DNA from: Promethearchaeota archaeon
GTDB lineage: Archaea; Asgardarchaeota; Lokiarchaeia; Sigyniarchaeales; SOKP01
Assembly: GCA_016839765.1 (NCBI GenBank)
Contig: JAEOTP010000007.1
Coordinates: 96,151 to 160,150, forward strand
DNA length: 64,000 nucleotides
Direction: 5' to 3'
The position numbers and the translations under genes were made by a program. Shown one piece after another: positions 50,587-60,393 of this stretch; the first letter of the stretch is position 1, and each line of letters starts with the position of its first letter. The notes below the pieces were generated by a model. That model made no database searches, was not told the origin of the DNA, and worked only from the letters and a program-made list of their open reading frames with translations.

Positions 50587-51546
50587 TTATTCTTTTAACA
50601 TTGCCTCAATTAATATTTCTGTGGCTTCATCTTCCGTTAATCCTTTAGCCATTAGCTCATCAAGCCACTTCTGAGGAAATCTTCCTAAAGAAGCTTCATG
50701 AGATATACTTGAAGTTGGATCTATTGCTCTTATAAACGGACGAGCTCTACATATAGAACCTTTTCCTAAAACTATTTCACTACATTCTACATGACCATTG
50801 CAATGAGGAGCATTTCCTTCAGTTACACCATACATCAAAACTTCGCCTCCATTTCTAGCTACTGCTTTCATTTTTATGACACTCCGGGCATTTTCTCCCT
50901 CCAGAAATACCGAATCTCTAATTCTGATAGAATCTTTTTTACTTTTTCCATAGGCTTTAATATTCGATCTTATTATACTATTCTGCATCGCATAAATATC
51001 TATCATAATTTTTACCTTACCTGGGGTGCCCTGTGTTAAATTAAAGTTATTTTCAAAAACACTATTCTCACCAATATACATATATCCCACTGGAGCTACT
51101 AATGCACCAGAATTTTCACCATGATAATGTGTTTCACTATAATTAAAATTACAATTTTTCCCAATATAAAAATGGCCAAACATCTTGTGAATAAGTCCAT
51201 TAGCCTTCGGAAAGGAGCAATGGGCTTGCACTTTTACACTTGTATTATCCTCTGCTATAATTCTAGGAAAAATCTCTTGGACTCCCGTTTCTTTGTTTAC
51301 GCCAAAACATAAATGAACTGGTTCCTCATGTTTAGTTCCTTCTTTAATAATAATATCAGCAACTATTCCGTTGGGAATTTCACGACCTTTCAAAATAATC
51401 CCCTCTACTTGATCAACGCCAGCAATTTTATTAAAATTTAAAAGTAATTTAGCCCCACCTCCATGACCGGGTATAAAATCCTTAATATCAATACTGTAAT
51501 CTTCTAAACTTTGTAAAATCTCTTGAGGATATTCGTTTCTTCTCAT
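50587..51546 (-). CDS. sufB: SufB/SufD-family Fe-S scaffold (SmsB-like)
   Basis: PVHLCFG, AHCSFP, ETHYHG, GHVECSEI, HEASLG, GLTEDEA. Confidence 0.85.
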   Translation of the reverse strand: MRRNEYPQEILQSLEDYSIDIKDFIPGHGGGAKLLLNFNKIAGVDQVEGIILKGREIPNGIVADIIIKEGTKHEEPVHLCFGVNKETGVQEIFPRIIAEDNTSVKVQAHCSFPKANGLIHKMFGHFYIGKNCNFNYSETHYHGENSGALVAPVGYMYIGENSVFENNFNLTQGTPGKVKIMIDIYAMQNSIIRSNIKAYGKSKKDSIRIRDSVFLEGENARSVIKMKAVARNGGEVLMYGVTEGNAPHCNGHVECSEIVLGKGSICRARPFIRAIDPTSSISHEASLGRFPQKWLDELMAKGLTEDEATEILIEAMLKE

Positions 51547-52346
51547 AACAATCCTTCCTCTCTAAAAATTCTGTCAATATATTCGTCATCAAAACATTTT
51601 CCTCCATTTTTAAACAGAGCCCTTTTACAAAATTCCTTTAATCCCGCTTTAGCACAGTATTTTACCATTACTATAGGAAATTCATCAGTTAATATAGCAT
51701 CTCCTCTCCATAATAAGGTTCCATAATCGGCCACCATTCCAATATCTTCTCTGTGTGTGATTAATAGAATTGTCATGTTTAATGCCTTGATCTTATTGAA
51801 AATATTTAAGAAATCTTCAATAACAATCATATCTAAACCAGAATCGGGTTCATCCAAAATTATTAATTTTGGTCTCATCGCGATAGCAGCTGCTAATTCT
51901 ACTCTCTTTCTTTCCCCTCCACTTAAGGTTTCATCAATTATTCTATTATAATATCGTTCAGGCTCTAAGTTAACAGTTCTTAAAGCTTCCTTAACCTTTT
52001 CTTGTAAATTGCTTTTATCTTTAATACCCAAAGTAATATATTTAAAGACGGTTAATCCATCTATACGAGCAGGTTCTTGCCATGCTAGAGTAATTCCTAA
52101 TTTAGCACGTTCAGTAAGACTCATATTTGTTATATCTATTCCATCAAAGTATATTTTACCTTGAGAGATTCTATAAGAGTTCAAACCCATTATTGTATAT
52201 GCTAATGTTGATTTTCCAGAACCATTTGGACCTATAACTGCATGTATTGATCCTTCTCTTACCTCAAAAGAAACGTTGTTAACGATTACACATTTTTGGT
52301 CAAGGGTGGGAATAGTAACATTCTTAAGTTCTAAAAGTATATTCAT
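51543..52346 (-). CDS. sufC: SufC-like ABC ATPase (SmsC-like)
   Basis: GPNGSGKSTLAYTIMG, LAWQEP, LSGGERKR, LDEPDSG, ITH; Cys-rich C-terminus; overlaps sufB start. Confidence 0.88.
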   Translation of the reverse strand: MNILLELKNVTIPTLDQKCVIVNNVSFEVREGSIHAVIGPNGSGKSTLAYTIMGLNSYRISQGKIYFDGIDITNMSLTERAKLGITLAWQEPARIDGLTVFKYITLGIKDKSNLQEKVKEALRTVNLEPERYYNRIIDETLSGGERKRVELAAAIAMRPKLIILDEPDSGLDMIVIEDFLNIFNKIKALNMTILLITHREDIGMVADYGTLLWRGDAILTDEFPIVMVKYCAKAGLKEFCKRALFKNGGKCFDDEYIDRIFREEGLL

Positions 52347-52552
52347 AGCCTCTTCTTTATTATTATAGAATAAATATTTCTAATATGTAGTTTATTGATT
52401 TATAAAAAATAAAATTTGTCTATTTTATAATTAGATAGAAGTCTTACTTTTATTAACATATTAAAGATTTATAATAGATTAATTTTAATATTGTAGGATT
52501 CACTAAATAATATTGAATTAAGAAAAATACTAATAAGTAAAATAATAAAGAT

Positions 52553-53356
52553 GTGCCTTCATTGGTAAAAAAAGAATATATATGTGAAAAAGGGAAAAAA
52601 AGTTCAATAGTGATTTATGATTTTTCTACTGAGATTAAACCTGGTTCAACGATGATTTTAGGTTTTGCAGGAATTGGATTGATAGGGCCGATAGTTGCTA
52701 ACGCTTTAATAGAACAGTTACCTGATATAAAGGAAATCGGTTTTGTTACAAGCGATTATCTTCCCCCCATCAGTGTCTTTTATGATGGTGTATTGAAACA
52801 CCCTTTTCGGCTTTACTATTCTCCACAGAAAAATTTAATCATAGGAATTTCAGAAGTACCATTTCAAGTGAGTGCAGCTTATAATGATCTCTCAAAGACC
52901 ATTAATAATTGGGCTTTATCTGAAGATGTAAGAGCTAAAGAAATTGTAATTTTCCAAGGAATTCCCCAACGTGGAATAATAGACGATTATCCAGTGTATT
53001 ATGCTGCCGAATCACACATGATAGAGCAATTAGAGAAATACGGTTTGAAAAAAGTTGAGAAAGGAATAATCGTAGGACCAGAGGCAACAGTACTTAATGA
53101 AGCTTTAGCAAACAAATTACAAGCTTTTGCGCTTTTTACTCCTGTCCTTGAAATACCTACACCAGAAGGAGCGGCTTCTATATTAGAGGTTCTAAACCAA
53201 ATGTACAATTTAAATATCGATACATCCAAATTAATTGAAGAAGGAAAAGAAATGAAAGCTAAAATGTTAGAATTGGCTGAAAAAGCGCAACAATTTCAAA
53301 GACAACAGCAATTACCAGAGGAACCAAAAGAGAGATATACTCAATATTTTCAATAA
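52553..53356 (+). CDS. PAC2-family proteasome assembly chaperone-like protein, paralog 2
   Basis: GFAGIGLIGPI, PPIS, HPFRLY, GIIVGP, PTPEGAA; ends QYFQ; GTG start. Confidence 0.85.
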   Translation: MPSLVKKEYICEKGKKSSIVIYDFSTEIKPGSTMILGFAGIGLIGPIVANALIEQLPDIKEIGFVTSDYLPPISVFYDGVLKHPFRLYYSPQKNLIIGISEVPFQVSAAYNDLSKTINNWALSEDVRAKEIVIFQGIPQRGIIDDYPVYYAAESHMIEQLEKYGLKKVEKGIIVGPEATVLNEALANKLQAFALFTPVLEIPTPEGAASILEVLNQMYNLNIDTSKLIEEGKEMKAKMLELAEKAQQFQRQQQLPEEPKERYTQYFQ

Positions 53357-53505
53357 AAATAACTTTCTTTTTAATTTTTTTTTCTATGGCTTAAATTATA
53401 ATAATTTAATAATTCATAAAGGCGAATTTTAAAATTTTTTAATAATTGTCTAATTTAAACTTACTTTGATTTTATCTAGAGAGTATTTTTTTGAGGTAAT
53501 AAGTT

Positions 53506-53946
53506 ATTAAAGAGAAATTTATTCCAGTTCAAATAGACCAAGAACTTTGTTTAAGATGCGAAAGATGTTTACGGGCATGTAAAGCTAAAGCGATATATTT
53601 TGAGCATAGTATTAGAAGAGTTGATTATGAAATGTGTAAAGCATGCCTAAATTGTGTCCAGGTGTGTCCTAGGAATGCAATTGAAGTAACTTCGATACTT
53701 CATCCAGATCAAATAGTAAGTATTAAAATAGACCATGAAAAATGCAGTATGTGTGAAAAGTGCCTCGATAAAAATGGAATATTTTGCCCCAAAAATCTCT
53801 TCTATAAAGCAATTGTGAAGAAAGTGGGAAGGGAAGAAGAAGGAATTAGATATAAGTTTAGGGAAATCATAAAATGTCGAGGTTGTTTGAAGTGTGAATT
53901 ATCATGCCCAGAAAGGGCAATACAACCCGTAAAATATGAAGTTTAA
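53506..53946 (+). CDS. Polyferredoxin (four 4Fe-4S motifs), probable ATT start
   Basis: In-frame CLRCERCLRAC lies upstream of ATG 53632; frame bounded by TAATAA 53497-53502; GAGGT SD 8 nt before ATT 53506; further CKACLNCVQVCP, CSMCEKC..CP, CRGCLKCELSCP. Confidence 0.85.
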   Translation: MKEKFIPVQIDQELCLRCERCLRACKAKAIYFEHSIRRVDYEMCKACLNCVQVCPRNAIEVTSILHPDQIVSIKIDHEKCSMCEKCLDKNGIFCPKNLFYKAIVKKVGREEEGIRYKFREIIKCRGCLKCELSCPERAIQPVKYEV

Positions 53947-53955
53947 GGTTTATTT

Positions 53956-54513
53956 TTAACTTTTCTCATTAATCTTTTTCAAAATAAGGGGTTTAATTTC
54001 TGAGAAGTCAGAAATTATGTGGATTCCTTCCATTTTTTTTAATCTTTTGATATTTTCGATTTCAATATCTCTAATTTTCAACGTTAAAGGACTGCCATCA
54101 GGTCTAGTAGTTGATATTGGTTCTAAATCTTGATCTGAAGGAAAAACATATACAATTACACCCCCTTTAATAGCTTGGGCAACACAATTAGTAATTAATG
54201 TATCAGCTATCCCATATGCGATTTTTGCTACGCTATTTGCTGATACGGGACAAACCAAAAACATATCATAATTTCCGAGTTGTAAAGGTCCAGCATAGAA
54301 AGGAACATTAGGAGTTTTTTCAGTTTTTACCTTTTTAACGGCCTCAGTTAACTCAATCCATAATTTATACCATTTTACAACTGCTGCTCCTTCTTTAGAA
54401 AGAATAACAGTTAAATCAACATCGTAATTATTTTGTAATTCTCTCATTAGATTAATTGACTCTTTTAAAATATATCCTGTCCCAGTTATCCCCCACATAA
54501 GAGAGAAGACCAT
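53956..54513 (-). CDS. Archaeal flavoprotein (AfpA/HFCD family; dihydromethanopterin reductase-like)
   Basis: WGITGTG, VVKWY, PVSANSVAKIAYGIADTLITN, PSD. Confidence 0.8.
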   Translation of the reverse strand: MVFSLMWGITGTGYILKESINLMRELQNNYDVDLTVILSKEGAAVVKWYKLWIELTEAVKKVKTEKTPNVPFYAGPLQLGNYDMFLVCPVSANSVAKIAYGIADTLITNCVAQAIKGGVIVYVFPSDQDLEPISTTRPDGSPLTLKIRDIEIENIKRLKKMEGIHIISDFSEIKPLILKKINEKS

Positions 54514-54663
54514 TTATTAATCAGCTCGTTCTATTTAAAATTATTAAAATTTTATTTTTACAAGAATTAATATTAATATAAAAACTCTCATTAAACGAAT
54601 TATTAATTTAAGCTTAATTCTTATTTAAATATGAGATTAATAAGTATACGAACATGATTTATC

Positions 54664-55851
54664 ATGACTCGTTCAAGATACGTTTATTTGGATAATGCGG
54701 CGACAACACCAATGGATCCAAAAGTTATTGATGAAATAAATATGCATTTCAAAGAAACTTATGGAAATTCATCAAGTTTACATTCTATGGGTCAAAAAGC
54801 CGGACAAATATTAGAAAAATCACGAGAAATTATAGCATCATTAATTAATGCAAAACCTGAAGAAATATTTTTTACATCTTCAGGAACGGAGGCAGATAAT
54901 CTGGCAATTATTGGAGTTGCAAGAAAAAATCGAGAAAAAGGAAATCATATCATCACAAGTTCTATTGAACACCATGCTGTGGAAAATCCATGTAAGGAAT
55001 TAGAAAAAGAAGGATTTAAGGTAACTTTTTTATCTGTAGATAAAGATGGTTTAATTAATCTTAATGAATTGGAGCAAAAAGTTACTGATAAAACAATTTT
55101 AATTACTATTATGTTTGCTAATAACGAAATTGGCTCAATCCAACTGATAAAAGAAATAGGAGCGATTGCCAGAAAACATGACGTCATTTTTCATACAGAC
55201 GCAGTTCAGGCTTTTGGGAAGGTTCCTATTGATGTTAATGACATGAATATAGATTTATTATCTGCTAGTGCTCATAAACTATATGGACCAAAAGGAATAG
55301 GATTATTATATATAAGAGAAAAAGGTATAAGGAAAGGTTGGGGTAAGTTTATTAAACCTCTTTTATTCGGAGGCGGGCATGAAAGAGAAATGAGACCAAG
55401 TACAGTAGCAGTACCATTAATAGCGGGATTTGCTAAGGCTGTGGAGATAGCAAAACAAGAAATGTCTCAAGAAGCAGAGAGACAGACAAAATTAAGAGAC
55501 AAAATCATTAATTGGGTTCTTGAGAATATTAAAGATTCATATCTTAATGGACATCCGAAACAAAGACTCCCCAATAATGTAAATTTAGGATTTAGATATA
55601 TCGAAGGAGAATCTATTGTTTTAGATTTAGATATGGAAGGTATTGCTACCTCAACAGGTTCCGCATGTTCATCAAAATCATTAGACCCCTCTCATGTATT
55701 ATTGGCAATTGGCTTAAAACCAGAAGAAGCTCATGGTTCTTTAAGAATAAGCTTAAGTAAATTTATTAAGGAAGAGGACGTAAATTATTTATTAGAAACA
55801 CTTCCTCACGTTATTGAAAGACTTCGAAAAATCTCACCATTAAGAAAATAG
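54664..55851 (+). CDS. iscS: Cysteine desulfurase, IscS/NifS type
   Basis: YLDNAATT, IEHHAV, HTDAVQA, SAHKLYGPKG, STGSACSS. Confidence 0.93.
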   Translation: MTRSRYVYLDNAATTPMDPKVIDEINMHFKETYGNSSSLHSMGQKAGQILEKSREIIASLINAKPEEIFFTSSGTEADNLAIIGVARKNREKGNHIITSSIEHHAVENPCKELEKEGFKVTFLSVDKDGLINLNELEQKVTDKTILITIMFANNEIGSIQLIKEIGAIARKHDVIFHTDAVQAFGKVPIDVNDMNIDLLSASAHKLYGPKGIGLLYIREKGIRKGWGKFIKPLLFGGGHEREMRPSTVAVPLIAGFAKAVEIAKQEMSQEAERQTKLRDKIINWVLENIKDSYLNGHPKQRLPNNVNLGFRYIEGESIVLDLDMEGIATSTGSACSSKSLDPSHVLLAIGLKPEEAHGSLRISLSKFIKEEDVNYLLETLPHVIERLRKISPLRK

Positions 55852-55881
55852 GAAGTCGAAGGTAAAACAATAATTCAAGAT

Positions 55882-57174
55882 TTAACCAAAAAATAAACTT
55901 AATAGAAATAAATATCCAATCGATAATATTATATGAATTATTGCAAAAGTTGCTCCTACTTTTAATAAACGTTTAAAGTTCATATTCTCAACATCATATT
56001 TCTGAGCAATTTTTAACGTCATCATATCACATGCTGCTCCTTGAGGAATAAGATTTCCACCAAGATTTATTCCAATTATAAATGAGTATAATAAAGGAAT
56101 TGAAGGGAAACTTCCTTGTAAAAATTCTATTATGGGTATAAAGATTAAGGCAGTAGGTGTATTTGCTACAAAACCGGATATTAAGCTTACTATAATTAAA
56201 ATTACAAGACTTAGCATAAAGGGATTTAATACATCGAAGGGAATTCCTGTAAATAATTCTTCAAAACCTGCTGCTGTCAAGCAACCGATTACAACATATA
56301 AAGAAATAAAAAAGAAAATAATTTCCCACTCTACGTCTTTAAGAAGATCACTCGTGTTTTTCTTAGTATACTTTTTATTAATCAGAATTAAGATAAATGC
56401 GGATATTGCTGCCGTCAAATAAAGTAACGGCAAAATTGCAAATAATATTATTGTAATGATTATTCCAATGCTATTAATATAAAATAATTTTTTATTTGAA
56501 ATCATTACATCTGAATCTACTAACTCTAATACAAATCGTTTTTGGTCTTGTTCAATTTCAGGTTCTTTTTTAAGAAAGAATTTATCTATTAAATAGACAG
56601 TTATAAATAAAAGTAAAAAAGAGAATCCCCAATAGTACACTATAAAATATAAAGTATCCAATCCAAAAGCAACAGAAATTATAATATTCTCTCCACTTGA
56701 AAAAGGCGTAATGATAGAACCTATATTTATACAAATTGTCATCCCCAATAAATATGTTCCAGCTCTTATTCTCAAGAATCGACATAATCGAATAACAACT
56801 GGAGCTAAAATTAGCACAACGACAACATCACTAATGATCGCCGCAAGTAATGTAGTTATTAAACAAATAAGATAGAAAAAAATTCTTCTGTTCCCTTTTG
56901 AAAATTTAAAGAGTTTTACCGCCAAAAATTCTAAAATATTAGAATTCTGAGCGAGTTTTGTGATAATACTCATACATAAAATAACAATGATGGCTTCAAA
57001 CTCAATATATTCAATAAAAATTTTAAAATCTATATCTTCTGTTAGGCCTGTTATAGTAGCTGCCATAAAGCAGCCTAATAATGAAATTGCTACAAAATCT
57101 AAATTCTTAGATGCATAACTAATTAATATGATTGCAAATATGCAAAAAATTATAATTAAAAGGATTAAATTCAT
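55882..57174 (-). CDS. SLC13/ArsB/NhaD-type (IT superfamily) transporter
   Basis: About 11 TMs; NIGSIITP, VEWEIIFFF, SGFVANTP, NLGGNLIPQGAA. Confidence 0.8.
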   Translation of the reverse strand: MNLILLIIIFCIFAIILISYASKNLDFVAISLLGCFMAATITGLTEDIDFKIFIEYIEFEAIIVILCMSIITKLAQNSNILEFLAVKLFKFSKGNRRIFFYLICLITTLLAAIISDVVVVLILAPVVIRLCRFLRIRAGTYLLGMTICINIGSIITPFSSGENIIISVAFGLDTLYFIVYYWGFSFLLLFITVYLIDKFFLKKEPEIEQDQKRFVLELVDSDVMISNKKLFYINSIGIIITIILFAILPLLYLTAAISAFILILINKKYTKKNTSDLLKDVEWEIIFFFISLYVVIGCLTAAGFEELFTGIPFDVLNPFMLSLVILIIVSLISGFVANTPTALIFIPIIEFLQGSFPSIPLLYSFIIGINLGGNLIPQGAACDMMTLKIAQKYDVENMNFKRLLKVGATFAIIHIILSIGYLFLLSLFFG

Positions 57175-57362
57175 ACGATTATATTGAAAAACTGATTATA
57201 AAAATAATTAGTATAGAAGTCAAGCAGCAATTTAAAATTATTTAATTTTAATAAATTCAAATAGAATTTCTAATTCTTGATTTCTTTAGATAGAATTCAG
57301 AAATCTAAGTGCAAAAAGACATTAATAAATAGTATTAGCATAAAAAAAGATATATTAATACA

Positions 57363-59309
57363 TTAATCGGAATTTTTATGTATACCTAATCTTCGTTCAG
57401 AAGTATTTAAAATTTTAATTAGCATATCTTTATAAGACAAACCATCAAATTTCGCCATTTTTGCGAGATGTCCATCCCAGCACCATCCTGGGTTAGGATT
57501 AACTTCTAAAAGCTTTGGATTTCCTTCGCCATCTAGTCTCCAATCAAAACGAGCGTAATCTCTACATTCTAACCTTTCGAATAGTTTTAAAGAGCAACTT
57601 TCAATAATTTGAATAGTATCTTCTGGAAGTTCTGCTGGAATCGATTTAAGATTCCAATAAGGAGAATCTGGTAACCATTTAGCCTCATACCCACAAATGT
57701 TTGGTAAGTCAGGTGGCAAACTTGAGTAATCCTCTTCAATTATTGGAAGTACTAAATAGTCATCTGGGGGATTTCCAATAATACCTAAAGTTAAATCCTT
57801 GCCAGGAAGAAATTGTTCAATCAATATTGGTTTGTCATATCCAAATCTTTCTCTAATATCTGTAATCGCGTTTAAAAGTTGTTCTCCATTATTAACTACA
57901 CTTTTTTGCGTAATACCAAAGCTAGAATCTCCAAAATTTGGTTTTACAATTGCTGGGAAATATAAAGGTAAATCTATAATTTTATCTTCGGGTTTTATGT
58001 AAATCGCTTCTGGTACAGGAATTTCTAATTCCTTAGCAATCCCTCGAATTAATGATTTATCATAACAAAATGCTAGGCACTGAGGCCCAGAACCTGTGTA
58101 AGGAATATTTAAAATTTCTAATAGAGCTGGCACATGTAATTCCTTTCTAGCCTCGTTTAAATAGCCCTCATCACATAAATTAAAAGCATAATCGACTTTT
58201 CCTTTCATTTTTTCTATATCATTAATTAGAGTATCATGATTGCTTAAATAAGAGAAATAATATCCTTTTAATTCTTTTAAAGCTGCTTTTAATTGGTCTA
58301 TTGTGTAAAAATCATCATCATCAAAAAGGGTAGATGGTTTAAGTGTATCCGGCTTACTGGGATCACCAAAAATCACGACAACTTTCTTTTCGATTGGCGA
58401 TACTTTTCTTTTAATTTCAGTCCATTCTTTTTTAACTATAGCACTAACTATTATCCTCCTTTCCATCATACCTAAATCTTGTTGTCTTTGTGAATCAGGT
58501 GTGATTGTCCCATGAAATTTAATATCACTAAAACCTAATTTTTCTAAGATTTCAGAAATACTTTTTCTAGAATATAGCCTTTCAGCATAAAATTGATCTA
58601 CTAATACTCCTTTATTTACATGATTTATAACTTCTCGAGAAATAAGTCTTTGCTTATCTAGAGATAATGAGCGTTCTCGGCAGACAAAATAATTTTTATC
58701 AATCCATTCCCAAGAGCGAGATTGAAAATTATCTTTTAAATATTCTCCATCGGTTAGATCAATTAGAATTTTTCCCCATGGTTTTAAAATACGAAATACT
58801 TCCTTTAAAACTTGATAATCATCTTTTATAGATTCAAAATAACCAAAACTATTTCCCAATATCATAAGAATATCAAAAGAATCAGGAGGATAAGGTAATT
58901 TGCGTGCATCGCCCTCACGAAATTTACAAATTAATCCTAATTTTTTAACATTTGATTTAGCTTTTTGTATTAAGTATCTTGATCGATCTAATCCCTCAAC
59001 ATTTTCAAAACCTCGTTTAGCTAATTCAATTGAATGTCTACCTTGACCACAACAAAGATCTAAAATATAATGATCTGGGCGAATTCCTAACACTTTGGAA
59101 AAAAAGCTAACTTCAAATGAGGTGATATTTTGATCTTCAACAACATCTCCGTCAGTTTTTAAATAATAAGCATTAAAGATATTTTTCCACCAATCTTTCT
59201 TTACAAATTCCTCCAAATTAGAGACAGGTCCAAGACAAATAGGTTTTGAAGCCTGATTTCCATTTATTACCGATTTTTTCTTACTTATATTATTTTCTCT
59301 TAATATCAT
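57363..59309 (-). CDS. Class I SAM methyltransferase fused to a D-Ala-D-Ala-ligase-like ATP-grasp domain
   Basis: LDLCCGQGRH, GDAR, GNSFGYF, LKPWG; then FNLCDEG, IPYTGS, IVKP..GDSSFGI, EQFLPG, RDYARFDWR, LEVNPNPG. Confidence 0.88.
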   Translation of the reverse strand: MILRENNISKKKSVINGNQASKPICLGPVSNLEEFVKKDWWKNIFNAYYLKTDGDVVEDQNITSFEVSFFSKVLGIRPDHYILDLCCGQGRHSIELAKRGFENVEGLDRSRYLIQKAKSNVKKLGLICKFREGDARKLPYPPDSFDILMILGNSFGYFESIKDDYQVLKEVFRILKPWGKILIDLTDGEYLKDNFQSRSWEWIDKNYFVCRERSLSLDKQRLISREVINHVNKGVLVDQFYAERLYSRKSISEILEKLGFSDIKFHGTITPDSQRQQDLGMMERRIIVSAIVKKEWTEIKRKVSPIEKKVVVIFGDPSKPDTLKPSTLFDDDDFYTIDQLKAALKELKGYYFSYLSNHDTLINDIEKMKGKVDYAFNLCDEGYLNEARKELHVPALLEILNIPYTGSGPQCLAFCYDKSLIRGIAKELEIPVPEAIYIKPEDKIIDLPLYFPAIVKPNFGDSSFGITQKSVVNNGEQLLNAITDIRERFGYDKPILIEQFLPGKDLTLGIIGNPPDDYLVLPIIEEDYSSLPPDLPNICGYEAKWLPDSPYWNLKSIPAELPEDTIQIIESCSLKLFERLECRDYARFDWRLDGEGNPKLLEVNPNPGWCWDGHLAKMAKFDGLSYKDMLIKILNTSERRLGIHKNSD

Positions 59310-60142
59310 TTTAAATTTTTATTTTTTAGTAAGTAATTTATATAAAAATCTATGTCCCATAATTAAACCAAAAATGACCTTTTTCATTTTATAAAGAAAA
59401 TCTCGAATATCTTTAATGCTCAAAACATTTAATTTCAAATAACCAATCTTTAATCTGTTTCGCATTTATACTTTTTTCTTAATTTGTATTTTGGTTTAAT
59501 TTTTAATAATAAACTTTATTAATTTTTTAAAGATTGCTTGAAGGTAGAAATAGCAAATAATCTATTTAAATTTTTTCATTTCTACTTTAATTAGAAAATA
59601 ATATTATTAAAATTATATTTTTTCTTAAGCTTAACTTTAAGTATCCTATAAAGCCAATATAAAACAATTAATTATAATAACTTCCTTCTCATAACTTAAT
59701 TTAATATTTAGGAAAAACATTCGTCAAAAAAAGCAGATTTACATTTCTAATATTTCATAGTCAAGCATTTTTTTCCTAAAATCTAAACATTGGAGTAAAA
59801 AGTAGATAGTTATAATTTGAAATATTAAAAAGTAATAATTTTATTAATTGTATTCCACTTTTTAGGAGCTAAATGGAATACTTAGTATATCTTAAGAAAT
59901 CAACTACAATATTATCTTAAATAAAGAATAAATTCTTTCAATTAGTAAAATTTATATCATAAATGTATTTTGCCACAAATATTTGCTTAAGAATGTATTC
60001 ATTTTTTAGATAGAAGAAGTAATTTTTCTGAATTATTTTATAAATTAAAAACATTTATATATTATTTTTATTTCTAATGGTACTTGAATGTATATATTAT
60101 TTATAATAATATTAAAAATAATCTAAAAAGGAGCTGAGAAAA

Positions 60143-60283
60143 GTGAATAATGCATATGGAATAGGATTAAAAAAAGATGAAGAGGATGAAGACTGGGATG
60201 ATGAGGATATTGATGAAGACGATGATATGGATGAAGATGAGGATATTGATGAAGACGAAGATTGGGATGAAGACGATTATTAA
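60143..60283 (+). CDS. 46-aa hyperacidic microprotein (not in ORF track)
   Basis: GTG start 9 nt after AGGAG; MNNAYGIGLKKDEEDEDWDDEDIDEDDDMDEDEDIDEDEDWDEDDY*. Confidence 0.7.
   Translation: MNNAYGIGLKKDEEDEDWDDEDIDEDDDMDEDEDIDEDEDWDEDDY
60200..60258 (+). repeat. 23-bp direct repeat inside the acidic microprotein gene
   Basis: GATGAGGATATTGATGAAGACGA at 60200-60222 and 60236-60258. Confidence 0.8.
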
Positions 60284-60393
60284 TTAATTTAAAAAGAATT
60301 CGTTGATAATTAAACTCTAATCAAATTAAAATTTTATTTAAAGATACTTGTTTTAGAAAAAAAATTTAATGGTAAGGAATATTTTGATAATAC

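Noticed and set aside
50020-53946. Selenoproteins or SECIS elements among the redox genes
   Set aside because: Peroxiredoxin and ferredoxin motifs use Cys codons; no in-frame TGA at a Cys position was found.
59319-59465. 48-aa basic ORF (minus strand) just upstream of the methyltransferase-ATP-grasp gene
   Set aside because: No clear SD or motif, and it overlaps the likely promoter region; cannot be distinguished from chance.
59541-59588. AAGGTAGAAAT/ATTTCTACTTT hairpin resembling a Cas12a repeat stem
   Set aside because: Single copy, no spacers and no cas genes.
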